Source of the DNA: a virus
Lineage: Duplodnaviria > Caudoviricetes
Length of the DNA: 33,385 nucleotides
IMG/VR virus record: IMGVR_UViG_3300032136_000016
Location: 1-33,385 of that record
Reading direction: 5' to 3' (one strand)
In this document: positions 8,211 through 17,091 of the stretch, piece by piece
Layout of the letters: the number at the start of each line of letters is the position of its first letter
Numbering within the stretch: position 1 is the first letter of the stretch
The notes under the pieces: model-generated
What the model saw: the letters and a program-made list of their open reading frames with translations, nothing else
What the model was told of the DNA's origin: nothing
Databases searched by the model: none
Translations under genes and position numbers: made by a program

Positions 8211-8840
8211 GACATCGAATTCGGCGCTGACGAAGCGCCTGCCCCGCGAGAGCTACGGCCCACGCGAGGGAAGACATCCAAGGCGCGGAATGCAGAAAAC
8301 CCGCGCGCTTCGGTACGACGCTCCAGAGATGAGCGGGAGCCGAGGCAAACGGAGGTCGAAAACACCGGAATGCTTCGGTCTTTCGGTAACTTCGACGTTC
8401 TCCCAGCTCTGCCTCAAGACGACCCGGACTGGCATTTTTGCTGGCTGTCGACGACTAACAAGCAGGACAGTATCCACCGCCGCGTGCAGATGGGTTATGT
8501 CCCTGTGAAGCCCGACGACCCAGCTCTTGACGGCCACCCGGTCGATTTGGCCGATTACTCGCTGAAGAGCGGTGACTGGCCGGGAGTCGTCGGTGTGAAC
8601 GAGATGCTCGCATTCAAGATTGAGCGCAGGCTCTACGAAGAATGGATGCAGCACTTCCATCACAACCAGCCGATGCAGGACGAAGAGGCGATCCGAGAGA
8701 ACGCCATGTCAATTGCGGATACGGTTACCCGTGCAGGCGGCAAGGTGCTCATCGAGGAAGGCTCCGATAATCTGGGCTCCGACGAGCCCGCGTCGATGCA
8801 GCCGATCTTGCAGCGCCGTGGGCGGGGTCCGAAATGGTAA
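8199..8840 (+). CDS. Conserved head-module hypothetical protein
   Basis: AGGAG RBS before ATG 8199; WHFCWLS...RRVQMGYVPV...VGVNEMLAFKI; lies between scaffold and capsid genes. Confidence 0.7.
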   Translation: MSDNDIEFGADEAPAPRELRPTRGKTSKARNAENPRASVRRSRDEREPRQTEVENTGMLRSFGNFDVLPALPQDDPDWHFCWLSTTNKQDSIHRRVQMGYVPVKPDDPALDGHPVDLADYSLKSGDWPGVVGVNEMLAFKIERRLYEEWMQHFHHNQPMQDEEAIRENAMSIADTVTRAGGKVLIEEGSDNLGSDEPASMQPILQRRGRGPKW

Positions 8841-8867
8841 ACCCGCGCGTGAAAGGAACGAAGGATC

Positions 8868-9449
8868 ATGTCCTCGACCAACGCACCGTTCGGCTTCAAA
8901 GCTGTCCGAACGATCACGGGCGCCAAGCAGCCGCAGCATGAGATCCGCGAAGGCGCGATCCCCTCTGGCTACGGTACTGCTATCTATCAAGGCCAGATGA
9001 TCAAGCTGGCTACGACTGGCGCTATCCAGCCTGCTGCCGCAGGTGACCGCATCCTCGGTGCTTTTGTCGGCGTTGAATTCGTCGACAGCTCCGGCGCTGT
9101 GAAGACCCAGAGCTACTGGCCCGCGAGCCAGACGCTGCTCTCCGGCACCTCCGCGACCGTGTATTATTACTCGGACCCGGACATCGTGTACGAAGTCCAG
9201 TGCGACGGTTCTCTCGCCGCCACCGCCGTCGGCGATCAGGCCGACCTTTCCAATGCCACCGCAGCCAATACGGTCGCCGGCACGTCCCAGTCCACTCTGT
9301 CCAGCAGTCTGGCCGGCGCGGCGGGCAATGCCCAATTCCGTATCCTGCAGCTCTCGCCGCGTGTCGACAACGACTGGGGCGACAGCTACACCGTGGTTCA
9401 CGTCCAGATCAGCGAGCACCAGTACGTCGCTGACGCTGCTGCTATCTAA
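8868..9449 (+). CDS. Capsid accessory/cement-like protein
   Basis: MSSTNAPFGF..., IYQGQMIKL, GAFVGVEF, DPDIVYEVQ; A/T/S/G-rich beta protein immediately before the major capsid gene; strongly biased codon usage. Confidence 0.7.
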   Translation: MSSTNAPFGFKAVRTITGAKQPQHEIREGAIPSGYGTAIYQGQMIKLATTGAIQPAAAGDRILGAFVGVEFVDSSGAVKTQSYWPASQTLLSGTSATVYYYSDPDIVYEVQCDGSLAATAVGDQADLSNATAANTVAGTSQSTLSSSLAGAAGNAQFRILQLSPRVDNDWGDSYTVVHVQISEHQYVADAAAI

Positions 9450-9463
9450 GGGGGGCATGAATC

Positions 9464-10378
9464 ATGGTAGCTCCGATGACCTCCACTCAGTTTCGGGCAA
9501 TTGTCGAACCGATTCTGAATCAGGAATTCGACGGCCTGTACGAACAGCGGGCCGACGAATGGAAAGGCGTCTTCCGCCAGTTCGACGGCATCAAGCGGTC
9601 GTACCACGAAGAGCCGGTCCTCTACGGCATGCGTGCGGCTCCGGAACTTCCGGACGGCACCCCGGTCACCTACGATAGCGGCGGCGTCCTGTACCTCGCC
9701 CGCTATCGCTACAAGGTCTACGGTCTGGCTTTCGCCCTGACCAAGGTTCTTGTCGAGGACGGCGACCACATCCGTATCGGCCAGTTGTTCTCGCGTCACC
9801 TCGCTCAGTCTCTCATCGAGACCGAGGAGACCAACGCGGCGAACATCCTGAACCGTTCGTTCAACGCGTCCTACGCCGGTGGCGATGGCGTGTCGCTGAT
9901 CAACAGCGCGCACCCGGTCGTCGTCGGTGCGCAGTCCAACGTCCTTGCCTCTGCGGCGAACCTGTCCCAGACCTCTCTGGAACAGATGCTGATCCAGATC
10001 CGCAAGGCCGAAGACAGCGCAGGCCGCAAGATCCGTCTCATGGGCGAGCAGCTTATTGTCTCTCCGGACAATATGTTCCAAGCCGAGACGATCATGAACA
10101 GCGTCCTGCGTCCGGGTACGGCGAACAACGACGTCAACCCGATCAAGTCGATGGGCCTGCTGCCGAAGGGCGTCAAGACGATGTCTCGTCTGACTTCCTC
10201 CACCGCATGGTGGGTGCAGACGAACGCACCGGAAGGTCTGAAGAAGGCCAACCGCCGCAACGTCGAGCGCTCGATGGAAGGCGACTTCGAGACGGACAGC
10301 ATGAAGTACAAGGCCACCCAGCGGTATGTCTTCGGATGGACCGACTGGCGCGGCGCCTTTGGTACTCCGGGCGTCTGA
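9464..10378 (+). CDS. Major capsid protein (HK97 fold, Mu gpT-like family)
   Basis: 304 aa; YGLAFALTKVLVED, GGDGVSLINSAHP, LIVSPD, EGDFETDSMKYKATQRYVFGWTDWRGAFGTPG; followed by a hairpin. Confidence 0.9.
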   Translation: MVAPMTSTQFRAIVEPILNQEFDGLYEQRADEWKGVFRQFDGIKRSYHEEPVLYGMRAAPELPDGTPVTYDSGGVLYLARYRYKVYGLAFALTKVLVEDGDHIRIGQLFSRHLAQSLIETEETNAANILNRSFNASYAGGDGVSLINSAHPVVVGAQSNVLASAANLSQTSLEQMLIQIRKAEDSAGRKIRLMGEQLIVSPDNMFQAETIMNSVLRPGTANNDVNPIKSMGLLPKGVKTMSRLTSSTAWWVQTNAPEGLKKANRRNVERSMEGDFETDSMKYKATQRYVFGWTDWRGAFGTPGV

Positions 10379-10382
10379 CGGG

Positions 10383-10410
10383 GTGGGGGCTTCGGCCCCC
10401 ACTTCACATA
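10383..10410 (+). terminator. C(UUCG)G-capped hairpin after the major capsid gene; leaky intrinsic terminator or mRNA stabiliser
   Basis: GTGGGGGC-TTCG-GCCCCCAC, perfect 8-bp stem, followed by only TTCACATA. Confidence 0.7.
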
Positions 10411-10423
10411 CTGGGAGCGCAGC

Positions 10424-11146
10424 ATGACGCACTTCTCTGACGGCCTCCGCATTGGCGACGCGTACTATGCTCGCAATGTCGGCGGCAACTCCGACCCGTC
10501 CGGACGCCAAGACATCGGCGTCGCGGCTATGACCGAAACCCAAGTCACGGTTCCGATGCTTCTCGGCGCCCCTGACACGAACGATGCTGACGGCATCTGC
10601 GTGAACGTGGCGGCGACCGGCGCGGCCACCCTGTCTGCCACCGGTGCTCTGGTGTCTGGCGGCGTGGCAACCTTCGACGTCCCCCGGGCCCCGTCCATCA
10701 CGTCCACGGCGGACGAGAGCGGCGTGACCTTCACCTTCACCGGTACCGACGAGTACGGCGCGGCTCTTGTCGCCAACCGTGCTGGCCCGAACAACACCAC
10801 CGTGAATGCGGTGTCCGCGTTCAAAACCATCACCTCGGTGGCGGTCGATGGTGCTCTGACCTCGACGCAGGTCGACGTCGGTTCGTCTTCCGTTCTTGGC
10901 ATCCCGTACCGTATCGGATCCGCAGGCAACTTCCTGTCGATCATGGAGAACGGCACGCCGGCCACTGGCGGCACTTTCGTCGCAGGCCTGTCCACGACGG
11001 GCACGGCGACCGCTACTACGGCGGACGTGCGGGGCACCTATACCCCGGCTCAGACCGCTGACGGCTCCAAGACCGTCACCCTGCTTGCTGTCGTCGACGC
11101 GAGCACGAAGGGCACCCTGTACGGGGTTGACCAGTACGGAGGCTAA
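10424..11146 (+). CDS. Virion structural protein (head decoration-like)
   Basis: 240 aa T/A/G/V-rich; MTHFSDG start, FTFTGTDEYG, ATTADVRGTYTP; GGGAG RBS. Confidence 0.7.
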   Translation: MTHFSDGLRIGDAYYARNVGGNSDPSGRQDIGVAAMTETQVTVPMLLGAPDTNDADGICVNVAATGAATLSATGALVSGGVATFDVPRAPSITSTADESGVTFTFTGTDEYGAALVANRAGPNNTTVNAVSAFKTITSVAVDGALTSTQVDVGSSSVLGIPYRIGSAGNFLSIMENGTPATGGTFVAGLSTTGTATATTADVRGTYTPAQTADGSKTVTLLAVVDASTKGTLYGVDQYGG

Positions 11147-11147
11147 T

Positions 11148-11882
11148 TTGCCGACCAAGAGGAGAGCGGCTGCGAAGAAACCGCAGCCGGCAAAAGATCA
11201 GGCTGCTAAACGGCCCGTCGCAGTGCTCGCGATGGGCGACAGCCGAGACCAGTTCGAGGTCGCCGCGATGGTGCGGGGGAACTACGAGGCTCTGGGCATC
11301 CCGGATGACCTTGAGATCTGGGCCATCAATACGGCGGGCACCGTCTATCATTGCGATAGGGTCTATCACATGGACCCGGTTTCAATGTATTTTGACGGTG
11401 TCAGTCTAACGGCGGAAGAAGAGGCGCATGGCCGCGCTATCGAGTTCAAGCCGTGGCCTGCGATGGGCGAGAAACTCGCTCGCCTTCGGGTTCCTATCTA
11501 CACCTCGCGAAGTGATCGCCGGGTGCCGAGTTCGGTCGATTTCCCGATCAGGGAGGTGGCTGAGTTCTTCGGGGGATTCCCGTACTGGAATACCACCGTC
11601 GCGTACGCGATTGCACATGCGATCTATGAGCGCCGTCCGACCATTTACCTCTACGGGTGCGATTTCAGTTACCCTGACAAGGCAGTCGGCGAGTCCGGTC
11701 GGTCATGTGCCGAATACTGGATAGGGCAGGCAATCGCGCGCGGCATCAAGGTCATGATCCCGAAATGCACCCTGCTCGATAACTGGCGGGACAGACGCCC
11801 GCTATATGGTTATGGCAAGACGTTGGAAGAGGTGCTAAATGCGACCGACATCACTCACGGCGACGGCGACCGGGGCGACTGA
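11148..11882 (+). CDS. Sialyltransferase/MAF/MptE-like Rossmannoid enzyme (putative glycosyltransferase)
   Basis: Probable TTG start 11148 after GGAGG (the track's 10896 start lies inside the upstream gene); VAVLAMGDS, WAIN, DRVYHMD, NTTVAYAIAHAI, IYLYGCDFSY. Confidence 0.6.
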   Translation: MPTKRRAAAKKPQPAKDQAAKRPVAVLAMGDSRDQFEVAAMVRGNYEALGIPDDLEIWAINTAGTVYHCDRVYHMDPVSMYFDGVSLTAEEEAHGRAIEFKPWPAMGEKLARLRVPIYTSRSDRRVPSSVDFPIREVAEFFGGFPYWNTTVAYAIAHAIYERRPTIYLYGCDFSYPDKAVGESGRSCAEYWIGQAIARGIKVMIPKCTLLDNWRDRRPLYGYGKTLEEVLNATDITHGDGDRGD

Positions 11883-12162
11883 CCCGATCATCGTTGACCG
11901 CTTCTCCGGTAATTTCAGCGCTGGCATCTATCTGACGTCGACGGGCGCTACGCAGGCGACCCTGCAAATTACCGGAGACAACATTCTCGGGACCGGGTTC
12001 ACCGCGACGACCGCGAACTGGATCAGCGTTACCGGCATCGCCACCACTGGCGGCAACAATTACGGGCATCTGACGACGCCCTGCATCGCGGTTCGGGCGA
12101 ACGTTACATCGTACGCTACACCTCTGACGCTGACCGTCATTCAGGACGGCACCGGCGGATGA
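11839..12162 (+). CDS. Small beta-rich virion protein
   Basis: 107 aa T/G-rich; GAGGTG RBS; LQITGD...W...PCIAVRANVT jelly-roll-like pattern. Confidence 0.65.
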   Translation: MRPTSLTATATGATDPIIVDRFSGNFSAGIYLTSTGATQATLQITGDNILGTGFTATTANWISVTGIATTGGNNYGHLTTPCIAVRANVTSYATPLTLTVIQDGTGG

Positions 12163-12222
12163 TAGGATTTACCAAAGATTCCGCTTGATAAAAGCGCCGA
12201 GCGATAAATCAGAGGAGACGAA

Positions 12223-12435
12223 ATGATCTACCTGCAACTGATGACCGACGACGAGGTCAACACCGTGTTTCATGGCCTCGCTCAACTGCCTTGGGCGAAG
12301 TCGAACGACATCATCCACCGCCTGAACGAGGCTGTCGCTGAAAAGCGGAAGGCCGATGCCGAGGCAACGGAAGAGTACGAGGTCGAGTACAAGCGGATGG
12401 CGAAGCAAGCCGTCCCGGATGAAAGCGACGACTGA
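12223..12435 (+). CDS. Hypothetical 70-aa protein
   Basis: GAGGAG RBS; GLAQLPW; TGATG coupling to the next gene. Confidence 0.7.
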   Translation: MIYLQLMTDDEVNTVFHGLAQLPWAKSNDIIHRLNEAVAEKRKADAEATEEYEVEYKRMAKQAVPDESDD

Positions 12436-13490
12436 TGGCGACTTCAGGAACAACCGGCCAGACTACGATCAACGTCATCCAGTTGATTGACGACGCTCAC
12501 CGGCTTGCGGCGACGAAGCCGCAGGTCATTACCGGTGAGCAGATAGAGTTCGCCAAGCGCCAGTTGTTCCTGTTTTTGTCCTCTTGGTCAAATCGCGGAA
12601 TTAACCTCTACACCATCTCGCAGCGGCTGGAGCCGCAGGTCAAGAACAAGCGCCGGTACGATCTCCCGACGGGGGCCATCGAGGTGATGAACGTCCAGCA
12701 CCTCGAGGTGACCACGCAGGGGACGACAGGGGGCGCATCAAGCGCCGGCGGAACGGCCGCCAACGCGTTCGACGGACTGTTCACCACCGCATGCACGCAG
12801 ACCAGCGCTGACGGCAATATCTCCTATGACTTCGGCAGCTCTGTCGTGGTCTCCACCGTGGGGTTCATGCCGAATGGGACGCGGACCTACGCGCTCTCTC
12901 TGGAAAGCTCGACCGACAATTCGACATGGACTGTCGTCTCAACTCTGGCGTCTGCATCGTACGTTGACAATGTGTTTGTCTGGACGGACCTGACGGCGCC
13001 GGTCGAGGGCAGGTATTTCCGTGTCAGGGAGACTGGTGGCGCCATCCTTGACGTCCGTCAGCTTGTGTTCGGCCGCAGCCCGGTCGATGTGGATATGTCT
13101 CGCCAGCCGCGCGATGACTATGTCAACCAAGGCGACAAGACGACCACCGGGACGCCCACGATGTACTGGGTGGACCGGCAGTCAACGCCGCGCATCTGGA
13201 TCTGGACGGCGTCGAAAAGCGACTTCGATATACTGTCAATTTGGCACACAAGCCATATTCAGGACGTCGGCGCTCTGACTAACCAAATTGCTGTTCCACA
13301 AAGATGGCAAGATGCGGTACAATACGAGCTGGCCGCGCGAGTGTGTATGAACCTCGATGGCGTGACGCTTGAGCGTCGCAACGAGCTGCGAGGTCTTGCG
13401 GGACAGGCTTTCCGCGAGGCAAGCGAAGAAGAGCGTGACCGTTCGGAAGTCATGCTGACCCCAGACGTGGGCGGTTACTCCGGGGCATAG
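12435..13490 (+). CDS. Head-tail adaptor-like protein with an inserted discoidin (F5/8 type C)-like domain
   Basis: MATSGTT...WSNRGINLYT, GTPTMYWVDR, VPQRWQDAVQYELA flank AANAFDG...YDFG...LESSTDNSTWT...GRYFRV. Confidence 0.7.
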   Translation: MATSGTTGQTTINVIQLIDDAHRLAATKPQVITGEQIEFAKRQLFLFLSSWSNRGINLYTISQRLEPQVKNKRRYDLPTGAIEVMNVQHLEVTTQGTTGGASSAGGTAANAFDGLFTTACTQTSADGNISYDFGSSVVVSTVGFMPNGTRTYALSLESSTDNSTWTVVSTLASASYVDNVFVWTDLTAPVEGRYFRVRETGGAILDVRQLVFGRSPVDVDMSRQPRDDYVNQGDKTTTGTPTMYWVDRQSTPRIWIWTASKSDFDILSIWHTSHIQDVGALTNQIAVPQRWQDAVQYELAARVCMNLDGVTLERRNELRGLAGQAFREASEEERDRSEVMLTPDVGGYSGA

Positions 13491-13492
13491 TC

Positions 13493-13792
13493 ATGCCGAA
13501 GTTCCTCGCATCCGACTTCATGATTGCTATATGCGACCGGTGTCGGATGAAGGTTCCTCACAAGATCCTCAGAGCGGACGGCGACAGTCCGGGCCTACGC
13601 GTGTGCCCAGAGTGCCGCGATGACATGGACCCGTACAGGCTGCCGGCGCGTCAGACGGAGACCATCAACATTCGGAACGCCCGTCCGGATTCCCGCGTCG
13701 GCCCGACACCGGTAGGCCTGTCTCAGACAGACCAGAGCTTCGTCCTGACCGATGAGCAGGGCAATGCAATCCAGATTGGAGAAGTTCAGTGA
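13493..13792 (+). CDS. Zn-ribbon (CxxC...CxxC) tail-module protein
   Basis: AICDRCRMK...LRVCPECRD...NARPD; stop overlaps the next start (GTGA). Confidence 0.75.
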   Translation: MPKFLASDFMIAICDRCRMKVPHKILRADGDSPGLRVCPECRDDMDPYRLPARQTETINIRNARPDSRVGPTPVGLSQTDQSFVLTDEQGNAIQIGEVQ

Positions 13793-15120
13793 GCGTCTGG
13801 CGCCCCCTTTCGGATCTGACGCCGGCCGACAACCTTGTCGCGTCCGATTTCATTTTCGTGACCCAGTCTGGCATCGCCAAAAAGGCCACGCTTGAGCAGG
13901 TTCTTCAGGGCGGCGCGAGTGGCAGCATTTCGTTCGCGAACCTGACCGTCACCACATCGTTCACGTCCAGCGGGACTGCGACGATGGCGTCTCTGACGCT
14001 TTCGAGCGCCCTTGGCCTCGCGTCTGGCGGCACTGGTGCGACCAGCGCATCAGGGGCGCGCACAAGTTTGGGTCTCGGTAGCATCTCGACGCAGGACGCA
14101 AACAACATCGGGGTTTCTGGCGGCGCCATCGATGGGACAACAATCGGCGGTTCTACGGCGGCGGCTGGCACGTTCACAAACGTCACGGCGAGCGGAACCG
14201 TCAACTTTACCGGCGCCACCGTCAGCGACCTCGGCACCGTCACGACGGCAGACATCAACGGCGGCACCATCGACGGCACCGTTATCGGCGGATCTACAGC
14301 CGCTGCTGGCACGTTCACAAATGTGACCGCAAGCGGAATTGTCAACTTAACTGGGGCCACCGTCAGTGACCTCGGCACCGTTACTACGGCAGCCATTCAG
14401 GCCCTGACCGGAACGCTTGACGGGACGGCCCTTACGTCTGCCAGTTTCGAGGATGCAGCGTTCAAGATTGTCGATGACGGGGACAACACGAAAGTCGCTC
14501 AATTCCAAGCATCCGGCATCACGACTGCCACGACGCGCACATTCACTCTTCCGGACGCGGACACCACTCTGGTTGGAACTGACGCAACGCAGACTCTGAC
14601 GAACAAGACCCTGAGCGGCGGCACGATCAGCGGAACGGTCAGTGCGAGCGGCGCGACATTCTCCAACCTCGGAACCGTCACCACAGTTGACATCAACGGT
14701 GGAACGGCGGACGGCGTCACTATCGGAGGCTCCACGGCTGCGGCAGGTTCATTCACGACGCTGTCAGCGAGTGGCGCCGGGACGTTCTCAAGCACGGCGC
14801 GGGTCGCCGGCGGACAAGAGATCAATCAGCAATCCGGCACGACCTACACGCTTGTCCTCGGGGACGCCGGGAAACTGATCGAGATGAGCAACGCCTCCGC
14901 TATCACCCTGACGGTCCCGCCGAACGCCGATGTCGCGTTCGCCGTCGGCACGCAGATCACTCTGGTGCAGACCGGGGCGGGGACCGTGACGGTATCGCCC
15001 GGATCCGGTGTGACGATCAGCAGCAACGGGTCGCTGACAGATCTGGGCGGGCAATACGCCATCGCGGTGCTTTACAAACAAGCCACCAACGTGTGGATCC
15101 TTGGCGGAGACATTGCCTGA
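13789..15120 (+). CDS. Tail fibre/spike protein 1
   Basis: GTG start; G/T/S/A-rich with GGTGATSASGARTSLGLG, IDGTTIGG repeats, TFTLPDADTTLVGT...TLTNKTL; C-terminal NQQSGTTYTLVLGDAGK...WILGGD module. Confidence 0.8.
   Translation: MSVWRPLSDLTPADNLVASDFIFVTQSGIAKKATLEQVLQGGASGSISFANLTVTTSFTSSGTATMASLTLSSALGLASGGTGATSASGARTSLGLGSISTQDANNIGVSGGAIDGTTIGGSTAAAGTFTNVTASGTVNFTGATVSDLGTVTTADINGGTIDGTVIGGSTAAAGTFTNVTASGIVNLTGATVSDLGTVTTAAIQALTGTLDGTALTSASFEDAAFKIVDDGDNTKVAQFQASGITTATTRTFTLPDADTTLVGTDATQTLTNKTLSGGTISGTVSASGATFSNLGTVTTVDINGGTADGVTIGGSTAAAGSFTTLSASGAGTFSSTARVAGGQEINQQSGTTYTLVLGDAGKLIEMSNASAITLTVPPNADVAFAVGTQITLVQTGAGTVTVSPGSGVTISSNGSLTDLGGQYAIAVLYKQATNVWILGGDIA
14119..14400 (+). repeat. 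Two tandem 141-bp (47-aa) repeats in the fibre shaft, with a third partial copy near 14650-14780
   Basis: GG[AT]IDGT[TV]IGGSTAAAGTFTNVTASG[TI]VN[FL]TGATVSDLGTVTTA starting at 14119 and 14260; diverged mostly at synonymous sites. Confidence 0.85.
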
Positions 15121-15914
15121 TGTTTAGCATGATGTTTGCCTCTGCTGGGAGAAGAAGCCAGTCGATCCTTGACAGTCTGCCCGCGCAGGCAAACCTTGTT
15201 TCGTTCTGGGATGCGGCTGATAGCGGTAGCTGGTCCGGTTCTGGCACTTGGAATAACCTTGTTACATCTCCGGCTGATGGCGCCGCCCAATCAGCCTATA
15301 ATTTGCAACTTGGCAGCACGAGCGGATCGGATGCGAACGATCCGACATTCAGCGGCACGCCGGGGGGTCTCAGTTCTTCGGAATATTGGAGCCTTTCCGC
15401 GACAACTGGCTTTGAGCTTCCGGCTAATACAACATTTACCGCTAGTATGCACCACGGCGATGCAGAATGGGAGCTAGGCTATATAGTTGATCTCGGTTCA
15501 ACTCCGGGAACAAATTGGTATTTGGCTAGCACCATAACCGGAGGCGGCTTTGGCAATCGAGGCTTTTATAACTATGCCACTTTTTCACAATATCTTGCCG
15601 CTTCATCATCTAATGTGTTGACCAGTTGGACTCCGGGCACAGGCTTTAAACGGTTTACTTGGGGGTTTGACGGCGATGCAACCGGCCCTTGGCAATACTC
15701 AATTGATGGAACTCAAACCACAAATTCTACATCTAATACCAATCCAGACACATCTTCGACGGCAGACCGAACACTGATGATCGCTAACAGCAACGGTTAT
15801 ACTCTGGGTATTCCGAACGGGAAACTTTATGCCGTGGTCTTGTGGAACAAGCGGCTTTCGTCGGCTGAAGTGACTACATTTAACGATGCCTTTTCTGGCA
15901 GATTCGGGTACTAG
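15120..15914 (+). CDS. Concanavalin A/LamG-like lectin; probable receptor-binding protein
   Basis: ATG 15120 overlaps the fibre stop (TGATG); LVSFWDAADSGSWSGSGTWNNL start, GKLYAVVLWNKRLSSAEV...RFG end; visibly more AT-rich. Confidence 0.7.
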   Translation: MFSMMFASAGRRSQSILDSLPAQANLVSFWDAADSGSWSGSGTWNNLVTSPADGAAQSAYNLQLGSTSGSDANDPTFSGTPGGLSSSEYWSLSATTGFELPANTTFTASMHHGDAEWELGYIVDLGSTPGTNWYLASTITGGGFGNRGFYNYATFSQYLAASSSNVLTSWTPGTGFKRFTWGFDGDATGPWQYSIDGTQTTNSTSNTNPDTSSTADRTLMIANSNGYTLGIPNGKLYAVVLWNKRLSSAEVTTFNDAFSGRFGY

Positions 15915-15923
15915 GAGGGCGTT

Positions 15924-17090
15924 ATGGCAGACAGCGCAACAAGCCGGAACGATCTCAGGAAGCAGTCTCTTGCGTCCAATCGCGGAACGTGGGGCGCGCC
16001 GAATCTCAACGAGGCGTTTGACAGCATCGACGAGAGCCTTGACGGCTATGTCGAGATCGATGTCTCTGGCGGATCTAACGTCACACTGACGACGACGGAC
16101 TACGCCTCGAACGAGGCTCGTCAGCGCATTCTAAAGTTCACCGGGACGATGACTGCAAGCATTTCGGTCATTGTTCCTGACGTCGAGAAATGGTACATCA
16201 TCTGGGACGCATCTACCCGGGCCGGGTATACGCTGACGTTCAAGAACTCCTCCGGCACCGGCGTGACGCCGACGAACGGACAGCGCGAGATCGTCATTTG
16301 CGATGCGTCCGAGGTCTACAAAGTCGAGAGCGGAAACACCCTGTCGTCCATCGGCGCCCCGACGGCTGATGTCGACCTTGCCGGGTACAAGATCACCACG
16401 TTGGGGTCTCCTTCTGTCGCGACTGACGCGGCGAGCAAAGGGTACGTTGACGCGACCATTGCGTCGGCCGCGATCCTCCCTCTGACCTCGGACTGGGGCA
16501 ACGTCACAACCGGCACGACCGTTCAGCTTAAGCGCGACACAACCGGCAACATCGCTTCCTACACCGGGTCTGCCGGAGAGGTGGTCGTAGATACGAGCCG
16601 AAACAGCCTGAAGGTTCAGGATGGATCGACTGCCGGCGGCCATGAGATTGTCCCGCAGGGTTCCATGGACGCGGTCGCTATTACTGGCGGGACGGTCTCC
16701 GGAGTAACGATCAACAACTCGACTGTCGGTGCCACCACCCCGGCGACCGGAGTGTTCACGACGGCTCGCGTGACGGCGGGCCAGATTGTCAACGAACAGA
16801 CCGGAACGACGTACACTCTCGTTCTGGCGGATGCCGGGAAACTGATCGAGTGTAACAATGGGTCTCCGTTCACTCTCACGGTGCCGTTGAATAGTTCTGT
16901 CGCTATCCCTGTCGGCAGCCAGATCACTGTCGTTCAGACCGGAGCCGGGCAAGTAACCTTCAGCGCTGCCGGCGGGGTGACGCTGAACAGCAGGGGCGGC
17001 GCGACAAAGACATTCGCGCAATATTCCATCGCGGTTCTCTATAAGCAGGCGACGGACACATGGATCCTCGGCGGGGATGTGAGAACCTGA
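15924..17090 (+). CDS. Tail fibre protein 2
   Basis: Virion-attachment N-terminus (GTWG...N); KITTLGSPSVATDAASKGYVD (adhesin neck-like); VQLKRDTT...GEVVVDT...VQDGSTAGGH (Mtd N-terminal-like); same C-terminal module as fibre 1. Confidence 0.8.
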   Translation: MADSATSRNDLRKQSLASNRGTWGAPNLNEAFDSIDESLDGYVEIDVSGGSNVTLTTTDYASNEARQRILKFTGTMTASISVIVPDVEKWYIIWDASTRAGYTLTFKNSSGTGVTPTNGQREIVICDASEVYKVESGNTLSSIGAPTADVDLAGYKITTLGSPSVATDAASKGYVDATIASAAILPLTSDWGNVTTGTTVQLKRDTTGNIASYTGSAGEVVVDTSRNSLKVQDGSTAGGHEIVPQGSMDAVAITGGTVSGVTINNSTVGATTPATGVFTTARVTAGQIVNEQTGTTYTLVLADAGKLIECNNGSPFTLTVPLNSSVAIPVGSQITVVQTGAGQVTFSAAGGVTLNSRGGATKTFAQYSIAVLYKQATDTWILGGDVRT

Positions 17091-17091
17091 T

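Noticed and set aside
10896-11147. N-terminal extension of the 328-aa ORF in the track
   Set aside because: Overlaps the 10424-11146 gene out of frame; a TTG with GGAGG at 11148 is the better start.
9446-11158. 570-aa minus-strand ORF
   Set aside because: Antisense to the major capsid and decoration genes; Arg-rich shadow composition.
12163-12222. Structured ncRNA or terminator in the 60-bp AT-rich gap
   Set aside because: Only short 5-6-bp inverted repeats, no U-tract and no recognisable RNA family.
14791-17087. Diversity-generating retroelement (Mtd-N-like domain plus duplicated fibre tips)
   Set aside because: No reverse transcriptase in the window; both copies are coding and differ at all base types, not specifically at adenines.
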